Shown here in pieces: positions 50,369-63,322 of a stretch of 64,000 nt of DNA. A program made the position numbers and the translations under genes. Origin of the DNA: an uncultured Verrucomicrobiae bacterium (GTDB lineage: Bacteria; Verrucomicrobiota; Verrucomicrobiia; Chthoniobacterales; UBA10450). Position 1 is the stretch's first letter; the number at the start of each line of letters is the position of its first letter. The notes beneath the pieces were generated by a model that searched no databases, was not told where the DNA came from, and saw only the letters and a list, made by a program, of their open reading frames with translations. The stretch spans positions 134,739 to 198,738 of the forward strand of contig CAWIYE010000003.1 of assembly GCA_963840305.1 (NCBI GenBank). The letters run 5' to 3'.

Positions 50369-52342
50369 GTCGATCTTGCCGCCGCCATTCGCAAGATCCA
50401 GCGATACAGAACGAAAGTAATCACCGCAAAAGCGACGCCGCCGATGATTATTCCGGCAGTCTCGTACGCCGGGCCAACCACGGAGAGCGGGAAATCCTTG
50501 CCTGAAAACACCACGAGTGCCGATATGACAACTCCAATAATGCCCTCACCGACGATCAAGCCCGATGCCAGCAGCACGCCAAGCTGTTTGGTCGCTTCGG
50601 GCTTTGGCGTGCGATTAGCGCGCTGATCGAAAAACCAGCCGACGATTGCGCCGACGACAATCATCAACGTGCTTTGCGTGGGCAGATAAATTCCCAGACC
50701 CACGGCCAGCGGCGGAACACGCATGTGTTTCGTCGTGCGAGCCAGGATTTCGTCGAGCAGAATAATGCAGATGCCGATCAAACCACCCGTGCGGATCAGA
50801 CTCCAATCGATCTCACCGGTAATCACGCCTTGACCCAGCGATGAGATCAGGCCGGCTTGCGGCGCGGGCAATGGATGCGGACGAAGTTCAGCACCGGGTG
50901 CGCCGACGAAACCATAAGCGTGATTCACGAGATCGAGAATGGGTGGAATCACGAACGCACCTGCGACCACACCGATCACCAGCGCTACCTGTTGCTTCCA
51001 CGGCGTCGCATCCACCAGTTGTCCGGTCTTGAGGTCCTGGAGGTTATTGTTTGCGATCGCAGCCACGTTGAAGATCACTGCCGTTGTGAAAAGGGCGAAC
51101 GCCATGAGCGCCTTTCCTGCGTCCGGACCAACGTACGGTTTCACGCCGATCACGAGCAGCAGCGCCGCGCCGATCACCACTAAAATTCCAATACCTGAGA
51201 GTGGGCTGTTGGACGAACCGATCAGCCCGGCCATGTAACCGCACACCGCGGAAACGAAGAAGCTCATCAACACGATGTAAGCAACGCCGCCGATGATCAG
51301 CGTTGGCAGATGCGCGCCGAGCCCGCTGGTGTTGCCAAAATAACCGAGCAGCCAACCGATCGGCAGCATGCACGCCAACGTCGAAAACCCGACGATGCCG
51401 ATTGGAATGTCGCGCTCAGTAATCGGCAGCGTGTCGGCTTTGCCGGCTTTGCGCGCGCGCGACGCTGCCATCGCGCTCGTGAGGCCACGCGCGACCGGCT
51501 TTACCAGTTTAAGCAACGTCCAAATCGCCGAGACGCCGATCGCGCCCGCTCCGACGAAACGCACTTTGTGACTCCAAGTGCTTTGCGCGAGCGTGGCCGC
51601 GGCCGTCGTGACATCGCCGGCGATGCCCGAAAAATGCGGGACACCCCAGCCCCAGCCAATGAATGCGCCGATGAGCATTGCAATGCCGACGGACAAGCCA
51701 ACCAAATGGCCGATACCAAGCAGCGCGAACGAAAGAAAAAAATCGTAACCGCTGACCGCACCGCGTCTGCCGATCCGGAACGTCTGCGCTATATCCGAAG
51801 CGAATACTTGCGTGGCTACAATTACTGCGAACACAGCGGCAACGATTGATCCCCATAACACAGCCAGCAGACCGGAGCGGCCGTGTTCGATGTCGTGACG
51901 CATCCTTGGCCTCACCGCCGCTGCCGACCTTCAGCACTTCGGCACAGGCGACGCCTTCCGGATACGGCAAATCCGAAGTCGTGACCAACGCACGGCGCAG
52001 CGGGATTGAATACATCACGCCGAGAATTCCGCCGAGCGCGCAGATCCAAAACGAAGTCCAGAAAGGAAACTCCGTCCAATAGCCGATCATGATCAAACCC
52101 GGCAGCACGAAAATGATCGACGAGAGCGTGCCGGCGGCCGAGGCGACCGTTTGCACGATGTTGTTTTCCTGAATGGTCGCGTCGCGAAAACCGCGCAGGA
52201 TCGCCATCGAAATCACCGCCGCCGGGATCGATGTCGAAAAGGTGAGACCCGCCTTGAGGCCGAAGTACACGTTGGCCGCGGTGAAAACCAACGTGATGAT
52301 GACGCCGATAATGATGCCGCGGACAGTAAGTTCCTTGCGCAT
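50365..52342 (-). CDS. OPT-family oligopeptide transporter
   Basis: N-terminus RKELTVRGIIIGVIITLVFTAANVYFGLKAGLTF and a polytopic body. One frameshift near 51900 joins ORFs 51509..52342 and 50365..51915. Confidence 0.8.
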
Positions 52343-52479
52343 GTTTGCGTGGGATTGTGTAGTGCGACCGTTTCGGCTTCAAGCACGACTTAAGAAGCAG
52401 TGGCGCTCGGCGACTCCGGTGTTCGTGTTAAGAGCGCTCTGATCGTCAGCGTAGACTGACTCCCGAACATCGAAAGTGA

Positions 52480-53586
52480 TTAGTACCGCTCCACTGGCGA
52501 GCGTTTGCTGTCTTCGACACTGCGTTGTTTGGCGCGTTCTTCGCCCAGAGTTGCGACGCGCAGATCCCAGATTTCATTGTCGATCTTTCGGAAGGCGGCT
52601 TCGGAAAATTCGTCGCGGCGGCGTGAGATTGTCTTCTTGAACGTCGCAACGCTCGCAGGGCGCGATCGATTTGTTCGCGCGGCAATTTGCTCCAGAATCT
52701 CGATGCACGTTTTCGATTTCGGGAATGCGATGACAAATCATCACCAGATCGTTTCCAGCGCCGATCGCGAGACGAATCGTTTCTTCAAGCCCGTAGCCGT
52801 TCAAGAATCGCACCCATATCGAGATCGTCGGTCATGACGAGGCCCATCGAAGCCAAGTTCGTTGCGTAGCAAATCGGTGATGATCCGCCGCGATAAACTG
52901 GCCGGCGTTTTTTCGTCTCAAAGCACGGATACCAGCCATGGCAAATCATCATGCTGTCCACGTCGTCAACGAATTTTGCGAAAGACCGCCAGCTCGTTCT
53001 GATCGAGTTCTTCGCGGGTGCGATCGATTCGCGGCAACTGGTAATGAGCATCTGAAGTCGCGGCGGAGTATCCGGGGAAATGCTTGCCGCAGCTTGCGAT
53101 CCCCTGCCCTCTCATCGCTTCGTTAAATGCGCCGGCGTTGCGCACGACTTGTTCGACTGTTTTGCCGTAGCAACGGCCGCGCAACGAATTGTCGGCATCG
53201 TCATCAAACGAAATGTCGAGGACAGGACACAAATCTAAATTGAATCCGAAGAGGCGCAGCAAACGCCCGGTGATGTCGCCGTGACGCCGGATCAATTCGA
53301 CATCGTCTTTGTCGCGCAATTGTTGCGCGTTCGGCGGCTCGTTGCCGATCAGACGCAATCGCGAAACGCGGCCGCCTTCCTGATCGATAGTGATGATCGG
53401 CTCGACTTCGCTCAGGTCGCGCAAATCGTCGATGAGCTTTCGCAGTTGCGCGGCGCTTTCGATATTTCGGCCGAAAAGAATAAATGCGCCCGGTTGCACT
53501 TTGCGGAAAAGCCTGGCCGTCGCCGGCTCGAGCTCTTTTCCGGGCACACCCGTCATGATCAGTTGACCGAGCGAATTACTTTTCAT
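52480..53586 (-). CDS. nagZ: Beta-N-acetylhexosaminidase (GH3)
   Basis: IDQEGGRVSRL, CGKHFPGYS and MTDDLDMGAI. The gene is spread over at least 4 frames (52966..53616, 52785..53051, 52574..52813 and a C-terminal piece ending at the TAA at 52480-52482). Confidence 0.75.
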
Positions 53587-53613
53587 GTGCTTCAAGCAAT
53601 TCGAACACGTCTG

Positions 53614-53693
53614 CAACGTCCAAAGCGCTCAACGTCCAAAGCTCATTCTGGCAGGATCTAGTTGAACGTTGAGTGTTGAGCGTTGAGCGTTGA
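53614..53693. repeat. REP units, family 3 (CAACGTCCAAAGCGCTCAACGTCC / TTGAACGTTGAGTGTTGAGCGTTGAGCGTTGA)
   Basis: Inverted arrays of CAACG(T/C)T-type units lie between nagZ and nadD. The same family occurs at 58571-58650. Confidence 0.7.
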
Positions 53694-54266
53694 ATGTTGA
53701 AAAAGATCGGCATTTATGGCGGCTCATTCGATCCGATCCATCACGGTCATTTGATTCTGGCCCGCGAAGCGCGTGAGGCTTTGAATTTGGAGAAGATAAT
53801 TTTTGTTCCCGCCGCACTGTCGCCGTTTAAAGGGCGCGCCGCGGTCGCGAGCGGCGATATGCGATTAAAGATGCTGCGCGCTGCGATCGAAGGTGAAGAG
53901 GGATTTGCAATTGACGATTGCGAACTGCGGCGGCCACCGCCATCGTGGACGATCGATACGGTGTTGGAAATTCGGAAACGCGAAGCCGACTCCGAGATTT
54001 ATCTCCTGATCGGCGAAGATACCGTGGCGACGCTGGACCGTTGGCGGCGGTTCGACGAGTTAAATAAACTGGTGAGCTTTGTAGTCCTCGACCGCACCGG
54101 CTCACAAACGCAGAGCAATTATCAGGTCGTGCGCCGGAAGATCGACATCTCAGCCACGGACATCAGAAAGAGAGTTGCGCGCGGACAATCGATCCGTTAT
54201 CTCGTACCGCCAGCGGTGGAGGAAATTATTCAGCGCGAAAAACTTTACCGGGAGCAATCGAAATAA
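53694..54266 (+). CDS. nadD: Nicotinate-nucleotide adenylyltransferase
   Basis: Intact ORF with IGIYGGSFDPIHHGHL and the ISATDIRKRV motif. Confidence 0.85.
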   Translation: MLKKIGIYGGSFDPIHHGHLILAREAREALNLEKIIFVPAALSPFKGRAAVASGDMRLKMLRAAIEGEEGFAIDDCELRRPPPSWTIDTVLEIRKREADSEIYLLIGEDTVATLDRWRRFDELNKLVSFVVLDRTGSQTQSNYQVVRRKIDISATDIRKRVARGQSIRYLVPPAVEEIIQREKLYREQSK

Positions 54267-54668
54267 CGCCGGAAAACTTAGCAAAGACCTGCGCGGAACT
54301 CGCCTCGAACAAAAAGGCCGAGGACATTGTAGTGCTGGATTTGCGCGGCATCTCGACGTTTACGGATTTCTTCGTGATTTGCTCCGGCACGTCTGAGCCT
54401 CAGCTGAAAGCGATTGCAAACGAAATCGAGACGCGCTTGCGCGAGGATCATTCACTGCGACCCGTAGCGATCGACGGATTTCCGGCCAGCCAATGGATGG
54501 TCCTCGACTACCTGCAAGTGGTTGTCCACATCTTTCACCGAGACAAGCGCGCCTTCTACAGCCTGGAAGACTTTATGGGGCGACGCGCCCCGCATAGAAT
54601 GGGAAACGGCAGCGGCACAAGGATGGCCGCTAATTTCTATTTGCCCCCGCGATCAGCGCGCAAGTTGA
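54257..54668 (+). CDS. rsfS: Ribosomal silencing factor RsfS
   Basis: KKAEDIVVLDLRGISTFTDFFVICSGTSEPQLKAIANEI and VVVHIFHRDKRAFYSLED. There is no canonical start in frame. A frameshift in a TTT run near 54570 restores LWGDAPRIEW. The ends are approximate. Confidence 0.7.
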
Positions 54669-54726
54669 CGCCGATCGAGGACAATCGACGCACCTCATGC
54701 CAACTCGGCGGACGATATCGCTACAA

Positions 54727-55489
54727 TTATTTCGGCGATGGCTTGGGCGGCGGCGTAGCTTTCGGTGCAGCCGGTGACCCAGGTTTGGAACCTTGAGGAG
54801 CCGGCGTCGGAGGCGGTTTAACGTCCAGCAGTTCCACTTCAAAAATCAGAGTCGCGTTCGGAGCGATGTCCGGACCGACGGCCCGCTCGCCATACGCCAG
54901 GTTCGACGGGACGAAGAATTGATATTTTGATCCCACCTTCATCAGTTGAAGGCCTTCCGTCCATCCCTTGATGACGCCGTTAAGCGGGAACGTGGCCGGT
55001 TGCCCGCGCTTGTATGAACTGTCGAACTCCGTGCCGTCAATCAGCGTGCCACGATAATTTACTGTCACCATGTCGGTCGCTTTGGGTTGCGGTCCTGTTC
55101 CCTCTTTTTCGACTTTATATTCCAACCCGCTGGCAGTGCTCTTTACCCCGGGTTTCTTTTTGTTCTCCTCGAGGAACTTCGCGCCTTCCGTCCTTATTTT
55201 TATCTCCGGCTGCCTTCTGTTTTTGTTCCATATCTTTCTCGAATTGCGTCATGACGTCCTTGACTTGGTCCTGTGTGAGCTGCGGTTTCCCGGCCATGGC
55301 GTCTTTTATGCCGGCAACCAGCACATCGGGATTGATATCCACCTTCTGCCGGTTCAGGTTCAATCCGATATTCATGCCGATGCTATAACTGACCTTGTCT
55401 TTCTGGTCTTTTAGTTGTGTTGATTTCTCTTGCCCGAACAAAGGCAATGCCAGTAAGGATGCGCTGACAATAAGAATAAAACGTTTCAT
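54727..55489 (-). CDS. FKBP-type peptidyl-prolyl isomerase (FkpA/Mip-like) with a Pro-rich tail
   Basis: A signal peptide, an N-terminal dimerisation-like domain (ORF 55115..55489), and an FKBP domain (VTVNYRGTLIDGTEFDSSY..., GWTEGLQLMKVGSKYQFFVPSNLAYG). One frameshift near 55190. Confidence 0.8.
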
Positions 55490-55682
55490 AAGATGGTTTT
55501 CCCCGCGTCGCTTTAGTTAAATTGATCGCCGCGGAAAGTCGCACGCTAATGGATAAATGCCGCCCGTCAAGAAAACACCGTTGGCGCCAAATCAGGCGGG
55601 TAGCGCTGGTCATTTTTCGGTTTGCGGGATCGGGTCGCCTCGCCCTTTGTAAGGGAGAGGGGAGGGTGATTGTGGTTCTAGT

Positions 55683-56594
55683 ATGATTGAGGCTATGGAA
55701 GCTGACTCCTCACCTCAATCCTCTCCCCTTCAGCTAGCGGAGAGACGGAAAGAACCGCGGGGGGTCGGAACGGCTAATCAACGAATCCCACTGTTCAGGT
55801 TCCCTGGAATTTTGGCTATACTGTCCGCTATTTTCACAATCGTCCTCTGGTCGAACGTATCGTGTGCAATCACGCTCTCGCATGCGGACATTCTGAGAAT
55901 TGGAAAAAGAGTCTGGCAAAATGAATGCAATGGAACGATCTCCGGACTTACTTCATGGAATGAAGGCGAAGACTTCGCATCGCTGGGCATCGGGCATTTC
56001 ATCTGGTACCCGAAGGGGCGACCCGGCCCTTTCGAAGAAAGTTTCCCCAAACTTGTGAGCTTCATTTCAAAGCGCGGCGCCAAATTGCCAACATTACTCT
56101 TGACGAGCGGCGAACAGCCATGTCCATGGAACTCACGGGCCGAGTTTCTGCACGCGCAACACACACCGGAGATGAATCAGTTACGCCAGTTTCTCGTCGA
56201 TACAATCGATCTTCAGGCTGAATTTCTTATTGCGCGATTAGAGGAGGCGCTGCCTAAAATGCTGGATGAAGCAGCGCCTGGCGATCGAGCAAACATACAG
56301 CAACAGTTCGAGCGCCTGTCGAGGACACCGCGTGGATGTTTCGCGCTGGTCGATTACGTAAACTTCAAGGGGGAAGGCGTGCTGCACACGGAGCGTTATC
56401 AAGGCCAGGGATGGGGTTTGCTTCAAGTCTTGGAAAGCATGCATGGGACTTCAGACGCCGGTGCGGTAGATGAATTTGTGCGCGCGGCGAAGGCTACCTT
56501 GATTCGACGCGTGCAGAATTCTCCAGCCGAACGGCACGAGTCACGATGGTTACAGGGTTGGATTCGGCGCGTGAACAGCTACAGTGGCGGCTAA
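55683..56594 (+). CDS. Conserved-looking hypothetical protein with one N-terminal TM helix
   Basis: Intact 303-aa ORF. The first about 20 codons overlap a palindromic repeat (55625-55740), so the start may be further downstream. No family was recognised. Confidence 0.5.
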   Translation: MIEAMEADSSPQSSPLQLAERRKEPRGVGTANQRIPLFRFPGILAILSAIFTIVLWSNVSCAITLSHADILRIGKRVWQNECNGTISGLTSWNEGEDFASLGIGHFIWYPKGRPGPFEESFPKLVSFISKRGAKLPTLLLTSGEQPCPWNSRAEFLHAQHTPEMNQLRQFLVDTIDLQAEFLIARLEEALPKMLDEAAPGDRANIQQQFERLSRTPRGCFALVDYVNFKGEGVLHTERYQGQGWGLLQVLESMHGTSDAGAVDEFVRAAKATLIRRVQNSPAERHESRWLQGWIRRVNSYSGG

Positions 56595-56596
56595 TT

Positions 56597-57218
56597 ATGC
56601 GGTCAAAACTTCGCATACTGTTTTGCGCCATGGTACTGGCTGTTCTCACCAGTTCGGTCAACGGTCAGTTCCATCTCTTCGGACCAAGATCACCCAGACC
56701 AACGCCACAGCCGATGCGCAAAGCCTCCGAGTTTATTAGCAGGCAACCACCGTTGAAAGTGAATCAATCTTTACTTAGAGAAGCGACGCCGGACAACACG
56801 CACATCGTCGTTTCGATTCCGAAGCAGCGCGCTTACCTGATGATCGACGACCAGGTCGTGGCAGACGGTCCAATCTCGACCGGCCGACGCGGACACGAAT
56901 CGCCAACGGGCCACCTGCACGTGCTTGAGAAGGACCCGAATCACTATTCTAATATCTATGGCGATTTTGTAGACTCTTCGGGTCGCGTAGTGCGCGCTGG
57001 AGTTAGCGCCCGGATCGATTCAGCTCCGAGCGGCACGCATTTCGAGGCGCGTCGATGAAATGGTTCCTGCGTTTGACCGATGAAGGCGTCGGCATGCACG
57101 TGGGATTTTTGCCCGGCTATCCAGCTTCGCACGGTTGCATTCGCCAATCGGCGACGGCGCAAAATTATTTTACGATCACGTAAAGGTCGGCACGCCCGTG
57201 GACGTGGGCGACTATTGA
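56597..57218 (+). CDS. L,D-transpeptidase (YkuD family)
   Basis: A signal peptide, then STGRRGHESPTGHLHV. In shifted frames: MKWFLRLTDEGVGMHVGFLPGYPASHGCIR (catalytic His/Cys). At least 2 frameshifts. Confidence 0.75.
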
Positions 57219-57226
57219 ACAAAATT

Positions 57227-57292
57227 GTCATGTCGAGCGGAGTCGAGACATCGCGAAATAATCAGAGATTCCTCCACTACGGTCGGAATGAC
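57227..57292. repeat. REP hairpin, family 1
   Basis: GTCATGTCGAGCGGAGTCGAGACATC ... GAGATTCCTCCACTACGGTCGGAATGAC. Confidence 0.75.
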
Positions 57293-57312
57293 ACAGAACA
57301 CAACGCGAACTG

Positions 57313-58556
57313 CTACGCGTGTCCGATCAACTTGCGCCGCAACATCTCAAGTGCCGCCTGGGAAGTTAATTGTTTGAATGTCTCGCGATCAGTGGGGAAA
57401 AAGAATTTTTTCGCGATCGTTTCCGACTCTGCTGAAGCCAAAGCAACGTAAACTGTTCCCACTGGTTTTTCTGGCGAGCCACCCGTTGGCCCGGCAATTC
57501 CAGTTGTTGCGAGTGCGTAGTCAGATCCTGCACCGGCACGGGCTTGTTCGGCCAGCGCGCGCGCGACTGGCTCGCTCACGGCGCCGTGCGCTTCGATGAG
57601 CTTTGGATCGACATCCAACATGTCAGTCTTGGCGCGATTGGCGTAACAAACATAGCCAGCCAGAAAAATCTTCGATGCGCCGGGAACGTTCGTGATGCGG
57701 TTCGCAAGCAGTCCGCCGGTGCACGATTCGGCTGTGGCCAGCGTTTGATTGCGTTTTGTGAGCAGTTTGACGATCACGTCTTCAAGGATTTCGTCCGCTG
57801 TAGAAAAGATCGAGACGCCCAGCGTCGATTTGATGATTGACGTTCCGCCTGTTCGATCGCCTCTGCTTTTCCGATAATCCGCACTTCGACTTCGCCCGGG
57901 CGCGCGCAGTAGCCCAGCTCGATTCCCGGAATCGCGAGAATTTTTTCACCGATTGCTTCTTCAACCAGCGACTCGCCCACTCCGGCGATCCTGTACATTC
58001 GCCGCTCCAGTAATGCCGAGGGCGGTACGAGCGAGCGCAAGATCGGCATAACATATTTCGAAAACATCGGCTGAAGCTCGCGCGGCGGGCCTGGCAGAAC
58101 AAAAACGTGCGGCGATGGAATGCGTGGATTGATATTTGTCTTCAAATAGAATCCGGGTGCGCTTCCGTTTTCGTTTGGAAGAACCTGCGCGCCAGCTGGG
58201 ACGTTGGACTGACGGGCAATTCCCGCGGCCCATTTGATTCCGCGAATTCGGAGTCTCTGCTTGAGGGAACTCAGCAATTCTGGATCCTGACGCAGTTCCA
58301 ATCCGAGCGACTCCGCAACCATCTCTCGTGTGATGTCGTCGGTGGTTGGCCCCAAACCGCCAGTCACAAAAAGAATTTCGCAACGGGGAAATAATTCAGC
58401 CAACGTATGCCGGATTGCCTCGCTATCGGGAACCGTGCGCCGCTCCTCGATTCTCAGACCCAACGGAAAAATCTCACGCGCAATGAACGCCAAGTGCGCG
58501 TCTTGAACGTCGCCGAGCAGAAGTTCGGTGCCGGTGTTGACGAGAATTGTTCGCAT
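57313..58556 (-). CDS. cinA: Competence/damage-inducible protein CinA (MoCF-type domain + PncC NMN amidohydrolase domain)
   Basis: N-terminal LVNTGTELLLGDV...FVTGGLGPTTDDIT and C-terminal TLATAESCTGGLLA. One frameshift near 57800. Confidence 0.85.
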
Positions 58557-58570
58557 AAGAGCAGTGAAAC

Positions 58571-58650
58571 GCTCAACGTTACAACGTTCAACACTCAACG
58601 TCCAATTCGCTTTGGGTTGTAACGTTCAAAGTTGAACGTTGAGCGTTGGA
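58571..58650. repeat. REP units, family 3
   Basis: GCTCAACGTTACAACGTTCAACACTCAACGTCC ... GTAACGTTCAAAGTTGAACGTTGAGCGTTGGA, an inverted arrangement. Confidence 0.7.
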
Positions 58651-58666
58651 TGTTTGTCAGCGATTG

Positions 58667-59949
58667 CTACGCCGCGGTCTTGTCCTGCTTCTTGCGAATC
58701 AGCGGTAGCTTTTTGCCTTCTACCACCGCGCGGTTGATCGTGACTTCGGCGATGTCTTCGCGACTCGGCACATCATACATGATGTCGAGCATGATGCGTT
58801 CGAGCATCGAACGCAATGCGCGTGCACCAGTCCCCTTTGTGACGGCCTGCGCAGCCAGCGCGCGCAAGGCATCCTTGGTGACCGATAAGACGCACACCTT
58901 CCATCGAGAAAAGCTTGGTGTACTGCTTCACCATCGCGTTCTTTGTCTCGGTCAGAATGGCTACCATTTCTTCCTCGAGTCAGCGCATCGAGCGAACTGA
59001 CCACCGGCAGGCGTCCGATGAATTCGGGAATCATTCCAAAGGCGAGCAAGTCTTCCGGTTCCACATGGCGGATGGCTTGCTTTCGCAATGCTTCCTCCAC
59101 TTCGAGCGTCGGGCTGCCAAAGCCCATCACTTTTTGGCCGATGCGTTTTTGAATGATTTTGTCGAGTCCGATGAATGCGCCACCGCAAATGAAAAGAATT
59201 TTCTCGGTATTGACCTGGATATATTCCTGATGCGGATGTTTGCGGCCGCCTTGCGGTGGAACGTTGCACATGCTGCCTTCCAGAATTTTCAAGAGCGCCT
59301 GCTGCACTCCTTCGCCGGAAACATCGCGTGTGATGCTCACGTTATCGGTCTTGCGGCCGATCTTGTCGATCTCGTCAATGTAAACGATGCCGATCTCCGC
59401 TCGTTTCACGTCGTAATCGGCATTTTGAAGCAATCGCAGAATGATGTTTTCGACGTCTTCGCCGACGTAGCCGGCTTCGGTCAGCGTAGTCGCGTCGGCA
59501 ATGCAGAATGGCACGTCCAGGATTCTGGCCAGCGTTTTGGCCAGCAACGTCTTCCCGGAGCCCGTTGGTCCAATGAGCAAAATGTTGCTCTTCTCAATCT
59601 CAACGTCCGCAAACGGGTCCGGCTGAAAAGTAGTGGAGGCGTCACCTGGCGATGCGCTTTGCAACACGCGCTTGTAGTGATTGTGCACAGCCACCGATAG
59701 CGTCTTTTTGGCGATGTCCTGGCCGATCACATACTGATCAAGCGCGCGCCGGATTTCTGCGGGCTTCGGGACGCGAATGTTCGAGGACTGACGCCGAGCG
59801 TCTTCGTTGAGTTCTTTATCGAGAATGCTTTTGCAAACGTTGATGCAGCTATCGCAAATATAAACGCCCGGCCCGGCGATTAGTTTGCGCACCTCTGCGT
59901 GGCTCTTGCCGCAGAACGAGCACATCGTGAGGTTGGAAGCGCGGGCCAT
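58667..59949 (-). CDS. clpX: ATP-dependent Clp protease ATP-binding subunit ClpX
   Basis: Zinc-binding N-terminus (CSFCGK...CDSC), Walker [19 protein letters not shown], and a C-terminus [14 protein letters not shown] in ORF 58667..58897. At least 2 frameshifts. Confidence 0.9.
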
Positions 59950-59973
59950 ATTGTTTGGGGGGTAAAAACGCTG

Positions 59974-60676
59974 TTATCCCGACAGCTTGCGCGGTAACGC
60001 CACCTCCGCGACTTCTACTGACCGATCAGCGGACGGCGGCGTGGCGCCATCGAGCAACTTTATTTCCTTTCGCGACTTGATCACTTCGTCCACCAAGCCC
60101 GTATGCCTTCGCCTCTTCGGCAGACATATAATAATCGCGGTCTGAATCGCCCCGGACCTGCTCCTCGGATTTGCCAGTGTGTTGCGCGATGATTCGGATG
60201 AGACGTTTCTTCAGCTTGAACATGTAATCGACCTGGCGTTCCACATCACTCGCCGCGCCTTGCGCGCCGCCGGAAACCTGATGGATCATGATGTCGGAAT
60301 TTGGCAGCGCGAAGCGTTTGCCTTTTGTACCCGCGCACAGCAAGACCGCGCCCATGCTCGCCGCCATGCCGAGACAGTACGTTGTCACGTCGCAGGTGAG
60401 AAATTGCATCGTGTCGTAAACGGCCAGCCCGGCTGTAACTACGCCGCCGGGACAATTGATGTAAATGTTGATGTCCTTCTTGGAATCCTCCATCTGCAAA
60501 AACAGCAACTGCGCGATCACAAGATTCGCGACGTGATCGTCAATCGGCGTGCCGATAAAAACGATCCGATCTTTGAGCAGCCGCGAGTAGATATCATAGC
60601 TGCGTTCGCCACGGCCAGTCTGCTCCACGACCATCGGGATCAGCACCTGCGAAACGTTTTCGTCTGACGCGCTCAT
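59974..60676 (-). CDS. clpP: ATP-dependent Clp protease proteolytic subunit ClpP
   Basis: [29 protein letters not shown] (active-site Ser) and MIHQVSGG. The 3' end depends on a 1-nt indel in a GG run near 60090 (YGLVDEVI restored). The ORF-track end is 60026. Confidence 0.88.
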
Positions 60677-62013
60677 GGTTTTTCTTCTTTGACAGTGGAT
60701 TCTTGTGCAGGTTCGATGCTAACATTCGCCTTCAGGAAATCAAGGGTCTTACCCAGCAGAATCTGTTCGGCCACGTCGTCCAACGCGTCTTTTTGCTGCA
60801 ATTCCTTGCGCATTTTCTCAGGCGAAATGTTGTAATGCGCCGCCTCCTGTCTAATTCGAAGATCGACGTCTTCCTTCTTCACCTGAATGTTCTCGCGCTC
60901 TGCGATCCGATGCAGAATGAAATTTGTTTTCAACCGATGAGCCGCCAGACTCCGGCGGCACCGTCGATCAGCTCTTTTTCTTTTTCCTTCAGCATCTCAT
61001 CGGTAACACCACGCTCGCGATTCCGTTGCACTAATTCGGCCAGCGCGCGGCGCGTTTCGTTTTGCAGAAGCGCCGGAGGCAACTCGAACTGGATGTGCTC
61101 ATGCAAATATTTAAGGATCTGCGCTTCCTTGGCCCGCTCGACATCATGCTCTTTTGCGTGCTCGATATCGTGCTCGATCATCTGGCGCAAGATCGGTAAG
61201 CGTTTTTCCGGGAACCAGTTTGGCCGCAAGCGCGTCATCGATCGCTGGCAAAACTTTCTTCTTAATCTCACGCAGCGTAACGGCGTAGTCCGCTTTTTTG
61301 CCTGCCAATTCTTTAACCGGAAAATCCGCTGGGAATTCCACGATCACCAGGCGCGTCTCGCCCGGCTTTTGTTCGACCAACTGCTCGCAAAATTTCGGCA
61401 GAAAATTGTCAGCCGCCAGGTGCAGCCAGAATTTCTTGCCGCCTTGTAAATTCTTGCTGGCCTGCGGCGCGATTTCGCTGATCGGCTTCGTGTCCACCGA
61501 ACCTTCGAAATCGATCACCGCAAAATCGCCCATTTGCAGTCCGCGTCCCGGCACATCGACAAAATCAGCTGATTGATCACGCAAACGCTCCAGCGCCGCT
61601 TCAACTTCGGAATCAGAGACTTTTGTCTCCGGCAACTGCACCGAAATGTTTTTGTAATCCGGCAGCTCGAACTCGGGCGCGGTGACGATAGTCGCGCGGA
61701 AACGCATCGATTTATCCTCGCCGAACTGGATGTCTTCGATGTTCGTCAACGAAGCCACGCGCAATTGCTCCTGTTCGACTGCTTGGTGATAACTTTTCGA
61801 GACCAGTTTTTTGGTCAGTTCATCCTGGATTTCCTTGCGAAATCTTTTGTCGATTACGGTGCGCGGCGCCTTGCCCGGCCGGTAGCCTGGGATTTTGGCA
61901 AATCGCGCAAAGCTGTTCGCGATCGCGTCCCACTCCTTCGCCACTTCTTCTGGCGGCAATTCAATCTGTAGCTTCGAGACCGAGCCGGGCTGCTTTTCTA
62001 CTTCAACCTTCAT
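60673..62013 (-). CDS. tig: Trigger factor
   Basis: N-terminus [20 protein letters not shown]...[12 protein letters not shown]-type motif ([16 protein letters not shown]). The order tig-clpP-clpX is conserved. 2 frameshifts (ORFs 61144..62013, 60930..61271, 60673..60933). Confidence 0.85.
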
Positions 62014-62046
62014 TGTTAGAAAGCGACGATTGTAGCGGCGCTTGTG

Positions 62047-63290
62047 TCAAGCGCCGGCCACGCATTCGCCTTTCGCGTAAACCAAATGCAATTGCGGCAT
62101 TCCAAACCAGTACGCCGATCTCGCGAAAATCTTCGCAATCGAAGGTTGCGAAGTTGGCGAGCTTCCCCTCCTCCAGTGAACCCATCGTGTTGCCGCGATT
62201 GAGGCTGTAAGCCGCGTTGATCGTCGCTGCTGTTATGGCGTCCGCAGGCGACATTTTCATATGCGTGCAAGCCAGAGACAAAATCATCGGCATGCTCGGG
62301 GTCGGTGACGAGCCAGGGTTGAAATCAGTCGCAATCACAACGGCAAGCCCGGCTTCAATCATTTCGTGGGCGCGCGGATAATCTGACGACCCAAGCGCGT
62401 ATACGGAACCTGGCAACAGGTACAGGCTGCACGCCAGCGGATTTCATTACCGCAATCCCACGTTCACCCGTTTTTTCCAGGTGATCAGCAGTCGTGGCCT
62501 CCAATTCTGCCGCCAGTTTTGCGCCTCCGCAGTTACTGAGTTGGTCAGCGTGAATTCGCAGCTTTAGCCCGAGTTTTTTTGCCGCCGTCAAAATTCTTCT
62601 CGATTGCTCGACGTCGAAATAACCCCGTTCGCAAAACACGTCGCAGAACTCCGCGAGCTTTTCTCCTGTAACCCGTGGCAACATCTGATCGATCACAAGC
62701 TCGATATATTCATTGGCGTCCATGCCGCGCGGCACTGCGTGTGCTCCGAGAAACGTCGGCACAATCTCGAGCGACGATTCCTCATTGAGCGATCGCATTA
62801 CGCGCAAGATCTTGAGCTCATCTTCAAGCGTCAGCCCGTAGCCGGATTTGCTCTCAATAGTTGTTGTCCCGCAGCGTAGAAACCAATGTGCGTGGTTCTT
62901 TGCCTGCGCGAGAAGATCGGCCTCGCTGGCTGCACGCGTCTTCTCGACCGTGGACCAAATCCCGCCGCCAGCTTTGGAGATTTGCTCATAAGTTTCGCCA
63001 CGCGCACGCCGTTCAAAATCGTCGAGCCGATTTCCGGCAAAAACCAAGTGCGTGTGCGCATCGACAAATCCTGGCAACACAACGCGCCCGCAGGCATCAA
63101 CGATCTCCGCACCGCGCGATTTCTTTTCAATCTCATCGCTCGTGCCGACACTGTCGATCTTGCCGTCACGAATTAGCATTCCGCCATCGCGAATGATTGC
63201 CAGCTCGGCCATTTCTGACCCGACGCGCGGTCTTGTGGGTCCTGCTAGCGTGACAAGCTGTGCGGCATGAAGGACAGCGAACGAGCCCAT
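62047..63290 (-). CDS. hutI: Imidazolonepropionase
   Basis: [20 protein letters not shown] and [10 protein letters not shown]. Frameshifts near 62400 and near 62090. The restored C-terminus [16 protein letters not shown] ends at the TGA at 62047-62049. Confidence 0.85.
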
Positions 63291-63322
63291 GATTCGTCAG
63301 ATGTTAAGAGTCAATCGTTATT